Made by a program: the position numbers and the translations under genes. Below the pieces are notes generated by a model. It made no database searches. It saw nothing but the letters and a program-made list of their open reading frames with translations, and was not told the DNA's origin. Source: Emiliania huxleyi CCMP1516 (lineage: Eukaryota). From it: DNA of 64,000 nucleotides. Below, piece by piece: positions 9,716 through 20,400 of this stretch. The stretch spans positions 1,597,331 through 1,661,330 of the forward strand of contig NW_005202428.1 in the NCBI RefSeq assembly GCF_000372725.1, in the 5' to 3' direction. Each line of letters opens with the position of its first letter. Positions within the stretch are counted from its first letter, which is position 1.

Positions 9716-12169
9716 GATCCGGTCCCTCTCACGCTCAGCAATACCCGCACAACCTACGACAACTTTGAGGTCGTCGGCTTTGGCCAGGTGCAGCCACCAC
9801 ACCTGCTTGCCTCCATGTTCACGCTTCGCGCCCCTCCCCCCCTTCTGACGCCGCCGTATGACCTTAGGTGAGGGGCACGACTACCCGCCTGGAAGGCGCT
9901 CTCATCAGCAAGTCAATTGCAAACCGTCCCGGCATGCCGACCTACCTTCAGCAAATGCCGACCTACCATCAGCATGCCGCCCGCACCGAGTGCGTGATCG
10001 ACGCCTTCGTCGGCGATCTGCCCTGGAAATCTGGCTGCGGGCCTGCGCTCATCGTGCGGACGGTCAACGACGGTCTCCACTACGCTCTCACCCCGGATCG
10101 ATCCGGTCCCTCTCACGCTCAGCGATATCCGCACAAGCTACGACAACTTTGAGGTCGCCGGCTTTGGCCAGGTGCAGCAACCACCTGCTTGCCTCCATGT
10201 TCACGCTTCGCGCCCCTCCCCCCTCTCTGACGCCGCCGTCTGACCTTAGGTGAGGGGCACGACTACCCGCCTGGAAGGCGCTCTCAGCAAGTCACCCAGG
10301 CACCAACTCCTGGGCGTTTACGCTTGGCTACGAAACCATGCAGTGGATGCAGCTCGATCAAAACGGCGACGCCAACAGCTGGTCCCTGGGCGAGTTCCTT
10401 GCCCAGGATGAGGTGCGAGCCATGATGCTCGACCGAGCGTGCACCAAGTCACTCACATTCCGTGAGTTCGTCAACGGGCCGAACGTCTCCAATTCGACGG
10501 CGATCTCGAACTCCAACAACTGGACCGGTGCACCAGCCACGGAGGACGATGGCTCCCTCGACGACATCCCTTCATCGACGGACGCCTTCACCGCCGCCGG
10601 CCCTGGGCCATCCAGCGCGGCCTCCGACGGCCTGCACGTGATCGAGCGGGTACAGAAACGGTGGCTGCCACAGCTCACACCCTAATCGATCTGCCTTAGG
10701 CACGGAGCCAACTGAGCCATCGCGCATGCCCGCATCGCGTGCGGCTCCGAGGTCTCCCGCCGAGACCGGCTCGGCGCGGCGCGTGGCCGCACGCCGCCGT
10801 TGAAAAGGCGATAGGACCGAGGGGAGAGCGCCGGCCACATCGAGCGAGCGCGGGCGTGTAAGGTGTCTGTGCTGCTCCGGTGTATGTGTGTGTGATTCTG
10901 CCCCCCCCCCCATCTGTGCGGCGAGGTGTTTGCGGCGCGATGCCCGATCGTGCGCGATAGCCTCCCTTTGTGCGTGGTGTGTCGGTGTGTCGGGGTCGTC
11001 CGGAGCGTGTGGCGGCGTCGTTGCATGCAGCGACTGCTCCACGTGCCACGACTGCTTTGACTGACGTGACTGACTGATGAGACATGAGTGCTGATGGATG
11101 ATCTCCGACAACCCAAAACAAAAATGCAAATGCGGAGTGCCCACTTTGGCGTGCCGCAGATCCTGCGTCTCTCACTGCCCGAACAACAGAGAGGCGGGTA
11201 CCGCCGCAGGTCACTTAGGTGAGGGGCACGACTACCCGCCTGGAAGGCGCTCTCATCAGCAAGTCACCCAGGCACCAACTCCTGGGTGTTTACGCTTGAC
11301 TACGAAACCATGCAGTGGATGCAGCTCGATCAAAACGGCGACGCCAACAGCTGGCCCCTGGGCGAGTTCCTTGCGCTCAGGATGAGGTGCGAGCCATGAT
11401 GCTCGACTATCAGCGTGCACCAAGTCGCTCACATTCCGTGAGTTCGTCAACGGGCCGAACTCTCCAAGTCGACGGCGATCTCGAACTCCGACAACTGGAC
11501 CGGTGCACCGGCCGCGTAGGACGATGGCTCCCTCGACGACATCCCTTCATCGACGGACGCCTTCACCGCCGCCGGCCCTGGGCCATCCAGCGCGGCCTCC
11601 GACGGCCTGCACGTGATCGAGGTACAGAAACGGTGGCTGCCGCAGCTCACACCCTAATCTATCTGCCTTAGGCACGGAGCCAACGGAGCCATCGCGCATG
11701 CCCGCATCGCGTGCGGCTCCGAGGTCTCCCGCCGAGACCGGCTCGGCGCGGCGCGTGGCCGCACGCCGCCGTTGAAAAGGCGATAGGAGAGGGGAGAGCG
11801 CCGGCCACATCGAGCGAGCGCTGACGTGTAAGGTGTCTGCGCTGCTCCGGTGTGTGTGGGATTATGCCTCCCCCCCCATCTGTGCGGCGAGGTGTTTGCG
11901 GTGGGTGCGATGGCCGATCGTGCGCGATGGCCTACCATTGTGCGTGGTGTCGGTGTGTCGGTCGTCCGGAGCGTGTGGCGGCGCCGTTGCATGCAGCGAC
12001 TCTGCTCACGTGCCACGACTGCTTTGACTGACTTATGAGTGCTGATGGATGATCTCCGACAACCCAAAACCAAAATGAAAATGCGGAGTGGGCCCACTTT
12101 GGCGTGCAGATCCTGCGTCTCTCACTGCCCGCAACAACAGAGGCGGGTCCGCCGCAGGTCAACCACTAG
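9716..12169 (+). repeat. Diverged tandem duplication (~950-bp units at 10246-11215 and 11216-12160, plus partial ~200-bp copies); possibly Helitron-like
   Basis: TTAGGTGAGGGGCACGACTACCCGCCTGGAAGGCGCTCTCA starts at ~9864, ~10246 and ~11215. The array ends in a GGCGG-gt-CCGCC hairpin followed by CTAG|T. Confidence 0.75.
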
Positions 12170-12200
12170 TATTTCCAAAAAACGAAAAGAAATCGCGTGA

Positions 12201-13193
12201 ATGATGACGACGGTGTCCCTGGACGACGACGCCATCCTCTCCGCCACGCGCGCGGTGCTTTCCGAGCGCGCCGGTGACGGCGGGCTCACTGCGAAGGATG
12301 TGCGTCACGCCGTCGAGGAGCGACTTGGGCTGCAGCGGGACGCGCTGCTGGAGCGGCGCGAGGTGGTGATCGCTGCGATTGAAAAGGCGGTCAACGAAAG
12401 TGGTGCCGCCGAGTCCGAGGTGGACCCGGCCGCGCTCCAGGCGACGGTCGCGGCGCTTGAAGGCAACGACGCCGCCGCGACCGCTCTCGTGCTGATTGGT
12501 CGCGCCGCCGGTGCTGAGGCGCCGGCGATGCTTCTCGCTGCCGAGAGCGCCGCGGCGAGCGAGAGCGCGGCGCGCGCGCTGGTGAGTGAGGGGCTCGGGT
12601 CGGCGCTCCTGCCTCTCCTCTCGCCCTCCACGCCCAAGCAGACGGCGGAGCTAGCGCTGCGTCTTCTCTCTGCGGCGAGCAAGCACGCGGCCCCCGACCT
12701 CTCCCAGCGGCTGCTCAAGGATGGGGTGCTGCCGGCGCTGCTGCCGCTGCTGGCGCTGGCCCTCGGTGACGCGGTCGCAGTGCGCGTCGCCGCGCTGCTG
12801 CACGCACTCGCCGACAGCCCCTCCTCGCGCTTCCGCCTGCTGCACGGAGGCGCGGTGCGGGCGCTGACGCGCGCCGTGGTGGAGCCGGCGTCGAGCAGCA
12901 GCCTGAAGGAGTACAGTGTGCAGGCGACGGCGTCGGTGGCGGGGCGGCCGGAGGACGAGGTCTCGCTGCCCCAACTTCTCGGCGACCTCTGTGGCGAGCG
13001 GCTGCCCGGCACGCAGCGCGAGGGCCTCGCCGCGCTGCAAATCATCGCCGAGCTGCAGCCCGGCGCTGCGGAAAGGCTCGGCGGCGTGGGCGAGGTTGCG
13101 CGAGGGCTGAGGGCGGCGGTGGGCTCAGCCGACGCGGCGGTGGCGGAGGCGGCGGCGAGCTTGCGGCGAGTGCTGAAGCTCGGCGACGACTAG
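12201..13193 (+). CDS. DEK C-terminal-like domain plus armadillo-like helical protein
   Basis: 330-aa intronless ORF. N-terminal DDAILSATRAVL..LTAKDVRHAVEERLGL..LLERREVV resembles DEK_C. Later LLKDGVLPALLPLL and LLHGGAVRALTR resemble ARM repeats. Confidence 0.7.
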   Translation: MMTTVSLDDDAILSATRAVLSERAGDGGLTAKDVRHAVEERLGLQRDALLERREVVIAAIEKAVNESGAAESEVDPAALQATVAALEGNDAAATALVLIGRAAGAEAPAMLLAAESAAASESAARALVSEGLGSALLPLLSPSTPKQTAELALRLLSAASKHAAPDLSQRLLKDGVLPALLPLLALALGDAVAVRVAALLHALADSPSSRFRLLHGGAVRALTRAVVEPASSSSLKEYSVQATASVAGRPEDEVSLPQLLGDLCGERLPGTQREGLAALQIIAELQPGAAERLGGVGEVARGLRAAVGSADAAVAEAAASLRRVLKLGDD

Positions 13194-13615
13194 TCGAGAG
13201 ACAGAGGTAGGAACGGTGCACTCGGTCGCCTCGCAGACTCAAGAGGGCGCGGAGTGCTCGCGCTGCTGCGTGCTGGCAAAGCAGCTCAGACCCTGATCCC
13301 TGTTCCCACAAGGAGATCTTAAAACAGAATATCCAATGTGGAGAAATGGTACTAAAAAAAAATGTGCCGGCTTAACGGAGTCGGAGAGAGTCGCACACCT
13401 GACTTTTTGACTCGCGTTGACGCGCCTGTGCTAGTGCATTGGCGTGCACTCAGTGCTGACGAGAGCACGAGCGGGTTCGAGCGCGGCCTGCTGACACGTG
13501 ACAGCTCTCAAACGAGCAGGCGGAGCGCAGTGTGCGCGCGACTCTGGCTGTGGCTGGCTCTGGGACGTGGCTCGTGGGCCCGAGACCGCTTTTGCGGCCG
13601 ACTATACAGCGCATC

Positions 13616-14509
13616 CTACGCTACCAGGCGAGCCGTCGCAAAGCGCTTCAGCTCCGGATCCTTCGTCAGAATCCCGTCGATCAAGACGTCCATTTCGTCA
13701 GGCTCCTCCACAGCGGGCAAGGCCGTCAGGAGCTTGAGCTCGGGTGCATGACGGGTAGGTCGCCTCCAGCGGTCGGTGATGAAACGCAAGAGACCAAGAG
13801 CGGTGGAGCGGCCGACGGGAAAGGCACTCAGTACCGCGATAAAGGCAAGTGCTGACAGGAGCAGAGAGAACACGCTGCTCAAGGCCGACGCCGGATCCGG
13901 CGGTTGTGGTTGCAATGATGGTGGACTTGCCGACAGGAACAGGGACTGCGCCGGCAGATGTGGCGCTGGCGATGGCAGCCATGGCGGCGGGGCGGGAGGT
14001 GGCTGTGGCTCGGGCGACAGGGGAGGTGGGGGTGGTGGCGACGGTGGTGGAAGAGGTGAGGGAGGCGGTGGGAGCGGCGGGGGGCGCGGAGGTGGACGGA
14101 AGGGGGGTGGCGGGGCAGGAGGTATCACGCAGTCCAGTATCCTTGGAAGCACGAAGCTCTCTTGCGTCTCAAAATCAATGTAAAAGCCATGGCTGGGAGA
14201 GGCATTGGCGGGCAGCAGAAAGTCCAGGCGGGCGCTGCCTGATCGAGCTCCTGTAAGCCGGGCTCCGTTCCATCCAATGGGCGCAGTTTGGAAGCTAGTT
14301 TGCAACGACAGGGCTGCCAAGGGGTGCCACCGCCGAAGATTGACGTGTACACGAGTCTGTCCCGCCGATAGAGGTTCGACAGAGATGTAGGGATCGAGAG
14401 CGCACCATGTGGCTGGTGGCGACTGCGGCGGTGAGATCAGCGGCGGTTCTTGCTCCGGTCTCACTTCTGATTCGGCGCCCTGGAAACGAATCGCGTCAGT
14501 GCTGAGCAT
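13616..14509 (-). CDS. Hypothetical Pro-rich protein with a C-terminal transmembrane segment
   Basis: 297-aa ORF with a poly-Pro linker and the hydrophobic stretch VFSLLLSALAFIAVLSAF. Confidence 0.55.
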   Translation of the reverse strand: MLSTDAIRFQGAESEVRPEQEPPLISPPQSPPATWCALDPYISVEPLSAGQTRVHVNLRRWHPLAALSLQTSFQTAPIGWNGARLTGARSGSARLDFLLPANASPSHGFYIDFETQESFVLPRILDCVIPPAPPPPFRPPPRPPPLPPPPSPLPPPSPPPPPPLSPEPQPPPAPPPWLPSPAPHLPAQSLFLSASPPSLQPQPPDPASALSSVFSLLLSALAFIAVLSAFPVGRSTALGLLRFITDRWRRPTRHAPELKLLTALPAVEEPDEMDVLIDGILTKDPELKRFATARLVA

Positions 14510-16003
14510 GCGCTGCTGCAGACAGCTCGATACTCTTCTGGGACTGTCTCGCGGGTCGGGGCTACAGACTCCTCCGCTGCACCCGCCAACTCGACTGCGC
14601 GGCGGGCACTTCGTCCTTCGCCGTTTCCTTATTTTTGAGCTTAGCCTTCGATGTTATGAAACAACGCAAGGCGGACATGGCATATCGCTCTCGGGCCCAC
14701 AGACATCCCGCACACTCGCCGCACCTTATTTTTTGAGCTAGCCTTATTTTTTATTATGTGGATCTTATGAACATACCCGAGGGTGAACTGCTGACGGGGT
14801 TTGCGATGAGGATTTTATTCGGATTGCTTTTGACTCTTTGCGTCCAGTTTCAGAAGACGTACGAGTAACGTTATCGGAGCGACATGACTGTGCCGCTCGG
14901 CGCGTTGAAGCAGTTCTTGGCAGCGCTGCAAGCGCATGATCTCGAACGTGCTAAGGCTCTTGCTTTCCGGAGTGCGCAGCGGCCTCCACCCTTCTCGCGC
15001 CTCTCACTGCCCTGACGCTCCAGCTTGGCGTCTCCAGTTTTGACCGACGAGCCGAACAATGAGACTGTGCTCGGAGCCTTACCTCACATCAACCGCTGCC
15101 TCGAACTCACGCAGCGTGGTGCGCATTCTCTCGATGCTCGCAGCGCCTTATCAATTCTTAGGCCCGTGTCGCGTTCGCAGGCGTCAGCGAGGCGGAAAGC
15201 GAAGAGGGTGGCTCAGACGAGAGCGGCGAGAGCGGCGAGAGCAGCGCCAGCGACGAGAGCGGGGAGGAGGGCGAAGGCAGCGACGTGGAGGGCGAGAGCG
15301 GCAGCGACAATGACGAACTCTGTAGCGACGGCGAGAGCAGGCTAGAGGCACAACAGCCTGAGTCGGAGAAGGCCACTTCCGCGCCGGCAGAGCAGGATCA
15401 GGCTATGGCAGAGCGTCTGGCTCAGCTCATGCAACCTGCACGCGACGTCCACCTCCGAGCTTCCCTCCGCAATTTGGTGCAGGAACTAGCTACTGAATAG
15501 ACACGTTGAATTAGCGATACCGTTGGAGATCAATGGATGCGTGGGGGCGCATGCACGATCTGCGGCGCGGCTGCACAGCGCGTCACCGCGTGCCGTAGGC
15601 CTGCCATGACTCCACACTTAAAGACGAAAGCATTAAACCACGGCTGCCCGGGCCACGGGCGTGGCGAGGATTGCCGAGGTCGGCACACGCCGGGGCGTCG
15701 AGGACGCCTGTGTGTGTTCATCATCATTGTGTTTGCCCGGATGCCGGAAGGTCTGGTCAGCGCTCCTGCAGCGCGTCCAGGGGGCCCCTAATAAATGTTC
15801 AAGGGACCTCTGTCGAGCTCGAGGAGGAGACCCGAGGCCTCGAAGAAACATTGGCGGTGTGTGTGTGTAAAATGCGTACCGACTGCGGATATTGTTCGTG
15901 TCTGCACGCACGTTTTACCGCGTCCTTCCTAGTACCACTCTCTACTTCTCGTGTACCTAGCGAACTCCGCTCTCCTATGGTCAGGTATAGACCCTGACCC
16001 TCT

Positions 16004-16582
16004 CTAGGCTTCCGCCCAGCCCTTCTCCTTTGCCTGATTCATGTTGAGTTTGTGAACCTGCGAGGGCGATTGCGGTGAGGCGCGGCGGTTGCAGTGAGCG
16101 AGGTGCAAAGGCTGTTGCGGTGAGCGGGGTGGTGGGTGGTGGGGTGGGCTGAGCAGCGAGCTTGCCTGTGACATGTGATGACGCAAGCCGTTTCGTTTGT
16201 CAGACAGCGAGCCCTTGAAGGCGAAGCTCGCCTTGCCCTCGCTCTTGCACTTGAGGCACCACGTGCGGCGCAAGTGAGAGGCGTCGTCCATCGCAGCCAT
16301 GTCCTTGCGTTTCAGTCGTTTCAACTTTGGCTCCCCGGTGCCAAGCGCGGCCGGCTCCTCGCCGGACGCCGCTGCTGCCGCCACTGTTGCTGACGCGACC
16401 GGTAATACTGCCGTCGCGACGTCCGACGCAACCGCGTCTGTTGCCCGGAGCGGGAGATCCACCGGCGTCGCGAGGAGCGGGAGGTCTACCGGCGCAGCGG
16501 CGAGGTGGCGCGTGCAGGCCTCGGCCTCGACGAACTGAGCCGACGGAGCGCCCTGCAGGGTGTCGGCAAGGGCGGCAAACAT
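16004..16582 (-). CDS. Small protein or remnant with a BED-like zinc finger
   Basis: WCLKCK...LRHHMSQ|VH gives CxxC...HxxxxH once a probable intron (~16060-16166) is removed. Confidence 0.4.
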   Translation of the reverse strand: MFAALADTLQGAPSAQFVEAEACTRHLAAAPVDLPLLATPVDLPLRATDAVASDVATAVLPVASATVAAAAASGEEPAALGTGEPKLKRLKRKDMAAMDDASHLRRTWCLKCKSEGKASFAFKGSLSDKRNGLRHHMSQASSLLSPPHHPPPRSPQQPLHLAHCNRRASPQSPSQVHKLNMNQAKEKGWAEA

Positions 16583-16782
16583 CACCAAAGCAGCGAGAGC
16601 GGTCTCTGCGGTTGAGCGCTGCGGCTGAGCGTCTTGCGGCGCGCGCGGAAGCCCAAGCGGATATGATTTTTCCGGGAGCCTCTGTGTTCGGGCGTGTTGT
16701 GGCGGCGTGCCGTCCTCCCATCCCTCCCTTGGTTTGGGCGTTTTGTTTTCTTTTTCCGGGCGTCTCATGAGTGCCCTATTTA

Positions 16783-16925
16783 TTTGCGTCCCGGCGGGTG
16801 GGAGAATATGTGTCGTCTGATGTGTCACTGTGTGCGTCACATCGATGTGGATAACAAGCACGGTCGATCCGTCAAAGCGATACACTCGTTCCTATCACAT
16901 ATTCTCCCACCCACCGGGACGCAAA
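16783..16925. repeat. 30-bp inverted repeat pair (MITE-like)
   Basis: TTTGCGTCCCGGCGGGTGGGAGAATATGTG (16783-16812) pairs with 16896-16925, one mismatch. Confidence 0.75.
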
Positions 16926-17461
16926 ACGCTCTCGGCGAGAGCCACAAGAAGGCGTCCACACAGCAAGCCACTCGTCGGACAGGCGTGCTCGCTCGATGCC
17001 GGCGAGCGCATTGCGCACGCTTTGGACGGTGGCGAAGCCAAAAACACCGATGGTGGCCGTCCGCTGGCGTGAGCGGCGGCGGTCGAGACCTCACCCTTCG
17101 CCGACGACCCAACCTTACGCGGAACAACCCAACCCAGGCCCACCAACCCAACCCAACCCAAAAAGCACGATTCTCCTGTTGGGCCCTCAGTGCTGCTCTC
17201 AATCCTAGCCTGGTAGAAAAGAAGGTTCACCGCGACAGCTAGGTAGGCGCGAGATTAGGAAATTACTCGGTAGACACTCAGAAGGGACCCTAGTGCGCGG
17301 ATTTCATTCTCAGTTCGCACCCCCGGCAAGTAAAATTCCTAAAAAAGAGGGAGTTTCTAAAAAAGAGGGAGTTTCGTCGAAATTTCTTAATCCGAGCGAA
17401 CGCTGGCTTTCGCAATTTGCACATTTCAACTCCGGGTACGGCGGCAAGGGACATAACGTCA

Positions 17462-20400
17462 ATGCTCTCCCTCGACGACACGGGCGTGCCGCTATCTTCC
17501 GCACTGGCCGCCTTCTCCTCGCGTCGCGATGCGGACGGCAGCCTCGACGCTGACTCGATGCTCGAGCAGCTCCCGTTCCGCACGCTGATCGAGCTCCTGC
17601 CGCAGACCGACCGTCCTGCTGTGTGCTCCATGGACCTGAGCCGAGCCGCGTGCACGCACGCGCGGCTGCGCCGCTTCGTGGCGGATGAGGTCTGTTTCAG
17701 CGACTACGGGGTCGGCCGCAACGACCGTGTGGCGATCCTCTTCCCAAACGGTCCCGAGCTGGCAGTGGCGTTTGTGGCAGTGCTGTCGTACTGCACGAGC
17801 GCGCCGCTCAACCCGGCCAACACTCCGCAGGAGATCAAGGCCGAGCTCGAGAATGTGCGCGCAAAGGCGATCATGGTCGCGGCCGGTGAGGACAACGACG
17901 GCATACTCGCGGTCGCCGAGGTATCGCCCACGCTCGGCCCGAGACGAGAGCACGTGGAGGGGTGCCGTGACTCCGTACTCCGCACGCCCTGCGCAGGAGC
18001 TCGAGCTCGTGGTCATAGAGTGCACCCTCGACCCGGCCACCGCGGGCATCTTTCAGATGAAGGCCCACATCGCGGATCGCAGGAGCGACGTGGTGCAGTT
18101 GGATCCAGAAGACAGCCGCTGGCAGCCGCAGCAGAGGGAGGACTGCGCAATGGTGCTCCACACCAGCGGGTCAACAGGCAATAAAAAGGTGGTGCCACAC
18201 ACCGTCGAGGACCTGCTGATCGGCGCGGTCGCCATCGCTTCCGCCTGCCAGCTCACCCCCAAAGACGTGTGCTGCAACCAAATGCCGCTCTTCCACATCG
18301 GCGGCATCGCACGAAATGTGCTCGCGCCGATCCTCTCTGGTGGCTCCGTCGTGTGCATGCCGTACTTCGAGCCGAAGCTCTTCTGGACGGTCGCGAGCGA
18401 CTTCAGCTGCACATGGTATTACGCGGGCCCGACGATGCACACCATGATCCTCGAGGCGTACAAGGCCTTCCCCGCGCCGCGCCCACGCATATCACTCCGC
18501 TTCATCGCCAACGCGGCGGGGCCGATTCTCCCGACCATTGCCGAAGAGATGCGCGACACCTACTCGGCGGCGGCGGGAGGGTTCTGCTCCATCATGCCGT
18601 CGTACGGGATGACAGAGTGCATGCCCATCTCGTCGCCGCCCGTCGGGTACAACCTCGACCGGCCCGGCAGTTCGGGACAGATCGTGGGCCCACGCTGCAC
18701 GATCCGCGACGCCGCGTCTGGCGACGAGGCACCGAGCGGCACCGTCGGCGAGATATGCGTCTCGGGCCACCCGGTGATGCGCGCATACGAGAACAACCCA
18801 GAGGAGACCGCCAAGAACTTCATCGGGCCCGGCAAGGCGTGGTTCAAGACGGGCGACCTCGGATACCTCGACGAGGACGGCTACCTCTACGTGACGGGCC
18901 GCTCCAAGGAGGTCATCAACCGCGGCGGGGAGATCATCGCACCGTCCGAGATTGAGAATGCGCTCGTGTCCCACCCGCGGGTGAGGAGCCTCGTAGCCTT
19001 CTCGACGCCGCACGCCCTGCTGCAAGAGACGATCGGTGTGTGCGTCGTCACCGAGCCGGGCATGCCGCGCGTCGGCCTGCAGGGGCTGCAGGCGCACGCG
19101 GCCCTGGAGCTCCACCCTTCCAAATGGCCGCAGCTGGTCGTCTACGCGAGCGACCTGCCAAAGACCGCGACGGGCAAGGCGATGCGCGTGCGCCTCGACA
19201 AGCGCATGGCGCTGCCTGAGATTTCGGACGAGACGCCCGAGCGAGGCCGGCTCTTTGAGGCAGAGATGGTGCCGCCCGGCGCACCCGTCCAGGCGCCCAT
19301 TCCGACGGCGCCACTTGAAGTGCGCCTGCCCGACGCAGAGGCGGCGATGCGCTCGCTCCCTGGCGTGGACGACGCGTACGTGTGTGAGCGCGAGCTGGAG
19401 GGCGGCCGGCGGGCAATTGTGGGCTACGTCAGCCCCGCCACGGTGGACGCGGAGCAGGTTCTCGCCGCGCTCACTGGCAGCTTGCACGAGTACCTTGTGC
19501 CAGCGAGGGTCGTGCCGACAGACGCGCTGGTGCGCGGCAGCGACGGCGCGGTCAACCAGGCGCTGCTGCCTGAGATGCGCCCCGTCCACTCGCACGTGGC
19601 GCCGAGGACGGACCGCGAGCGCGCCGTACAAAAGCTCTGGTGCGCTGTGCTCGGCACGCGCGAGGAGGATACGTCGATGGACGCAGACTTCTTCTTCTCC
19701 GGCGGCTCGTCACTGCTTGCCGGCACGTTGGCCGGCGAGGTGAAGAGCCAGCTCGGTATGCCGATGAGCGGGACGACCCTCTTCAAGCTGCGCACCATCG
19801 CCGAGATCGCCGAGGCGGTCGAGACGCACCATCGGCAAAAGGACCTCGAGATGGCGACGCTTGCGCGGGAGCCTCGCAGCGACCTCGAGAAGGATGGCCC
19901 GCTCGCACGACTCGCCCGTTTCGCCACCATGAGAGCGGGGGGGACGCCCCGCGACCCCAGCGACCTCGCTGAGCGGGGCGGCCTGCACGAGGAGAGCGAG
20001 ATGCTCGCGAGCGGTGCCCCAGCCAAGCCGCCGAAGCCGCAGCGTCCCGTCAGCCAGCACTCGTTTCTTCCTCTCTTTGTCCAATCGCTCCCGCTCCTCT
20101 TCTTCCACCCCCTCCGCCGCCTCGCATCGTGGGCGCTCTTCCTCGCCCTCTGGCTCACGATGATGGATCCGGCGCCGGTGTTCATCTACCTCTCGCCACA
20201 GCAGCTGTTCGAGACGGAAGAGTGGGTGCGCGAGGAGTATCGGCCCACGGACGACGAAAGCGATGTGTGGATCGCGCCCCCCGACGGCTCTCTCATCAGC
20301 ACGTGGGAGGGCTACGAGGACTTTCAGCGTGTGGAGTATGTCGACGACGCAGAGGACTTCGAGGTGCCGGCCCACCGTAGTGTCCTGCCACGCTACATTG

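Noticed and set aside
14870..15500. Acidic ORF fragments
   Set aside because: Interrupted reading frames with no assignable product.
17685..17996. ORF-track start of the 1829-aa protein
   Set aside because: The real N-terminus is in another frame (17462-17920) and is joined by a GT-AG intron.
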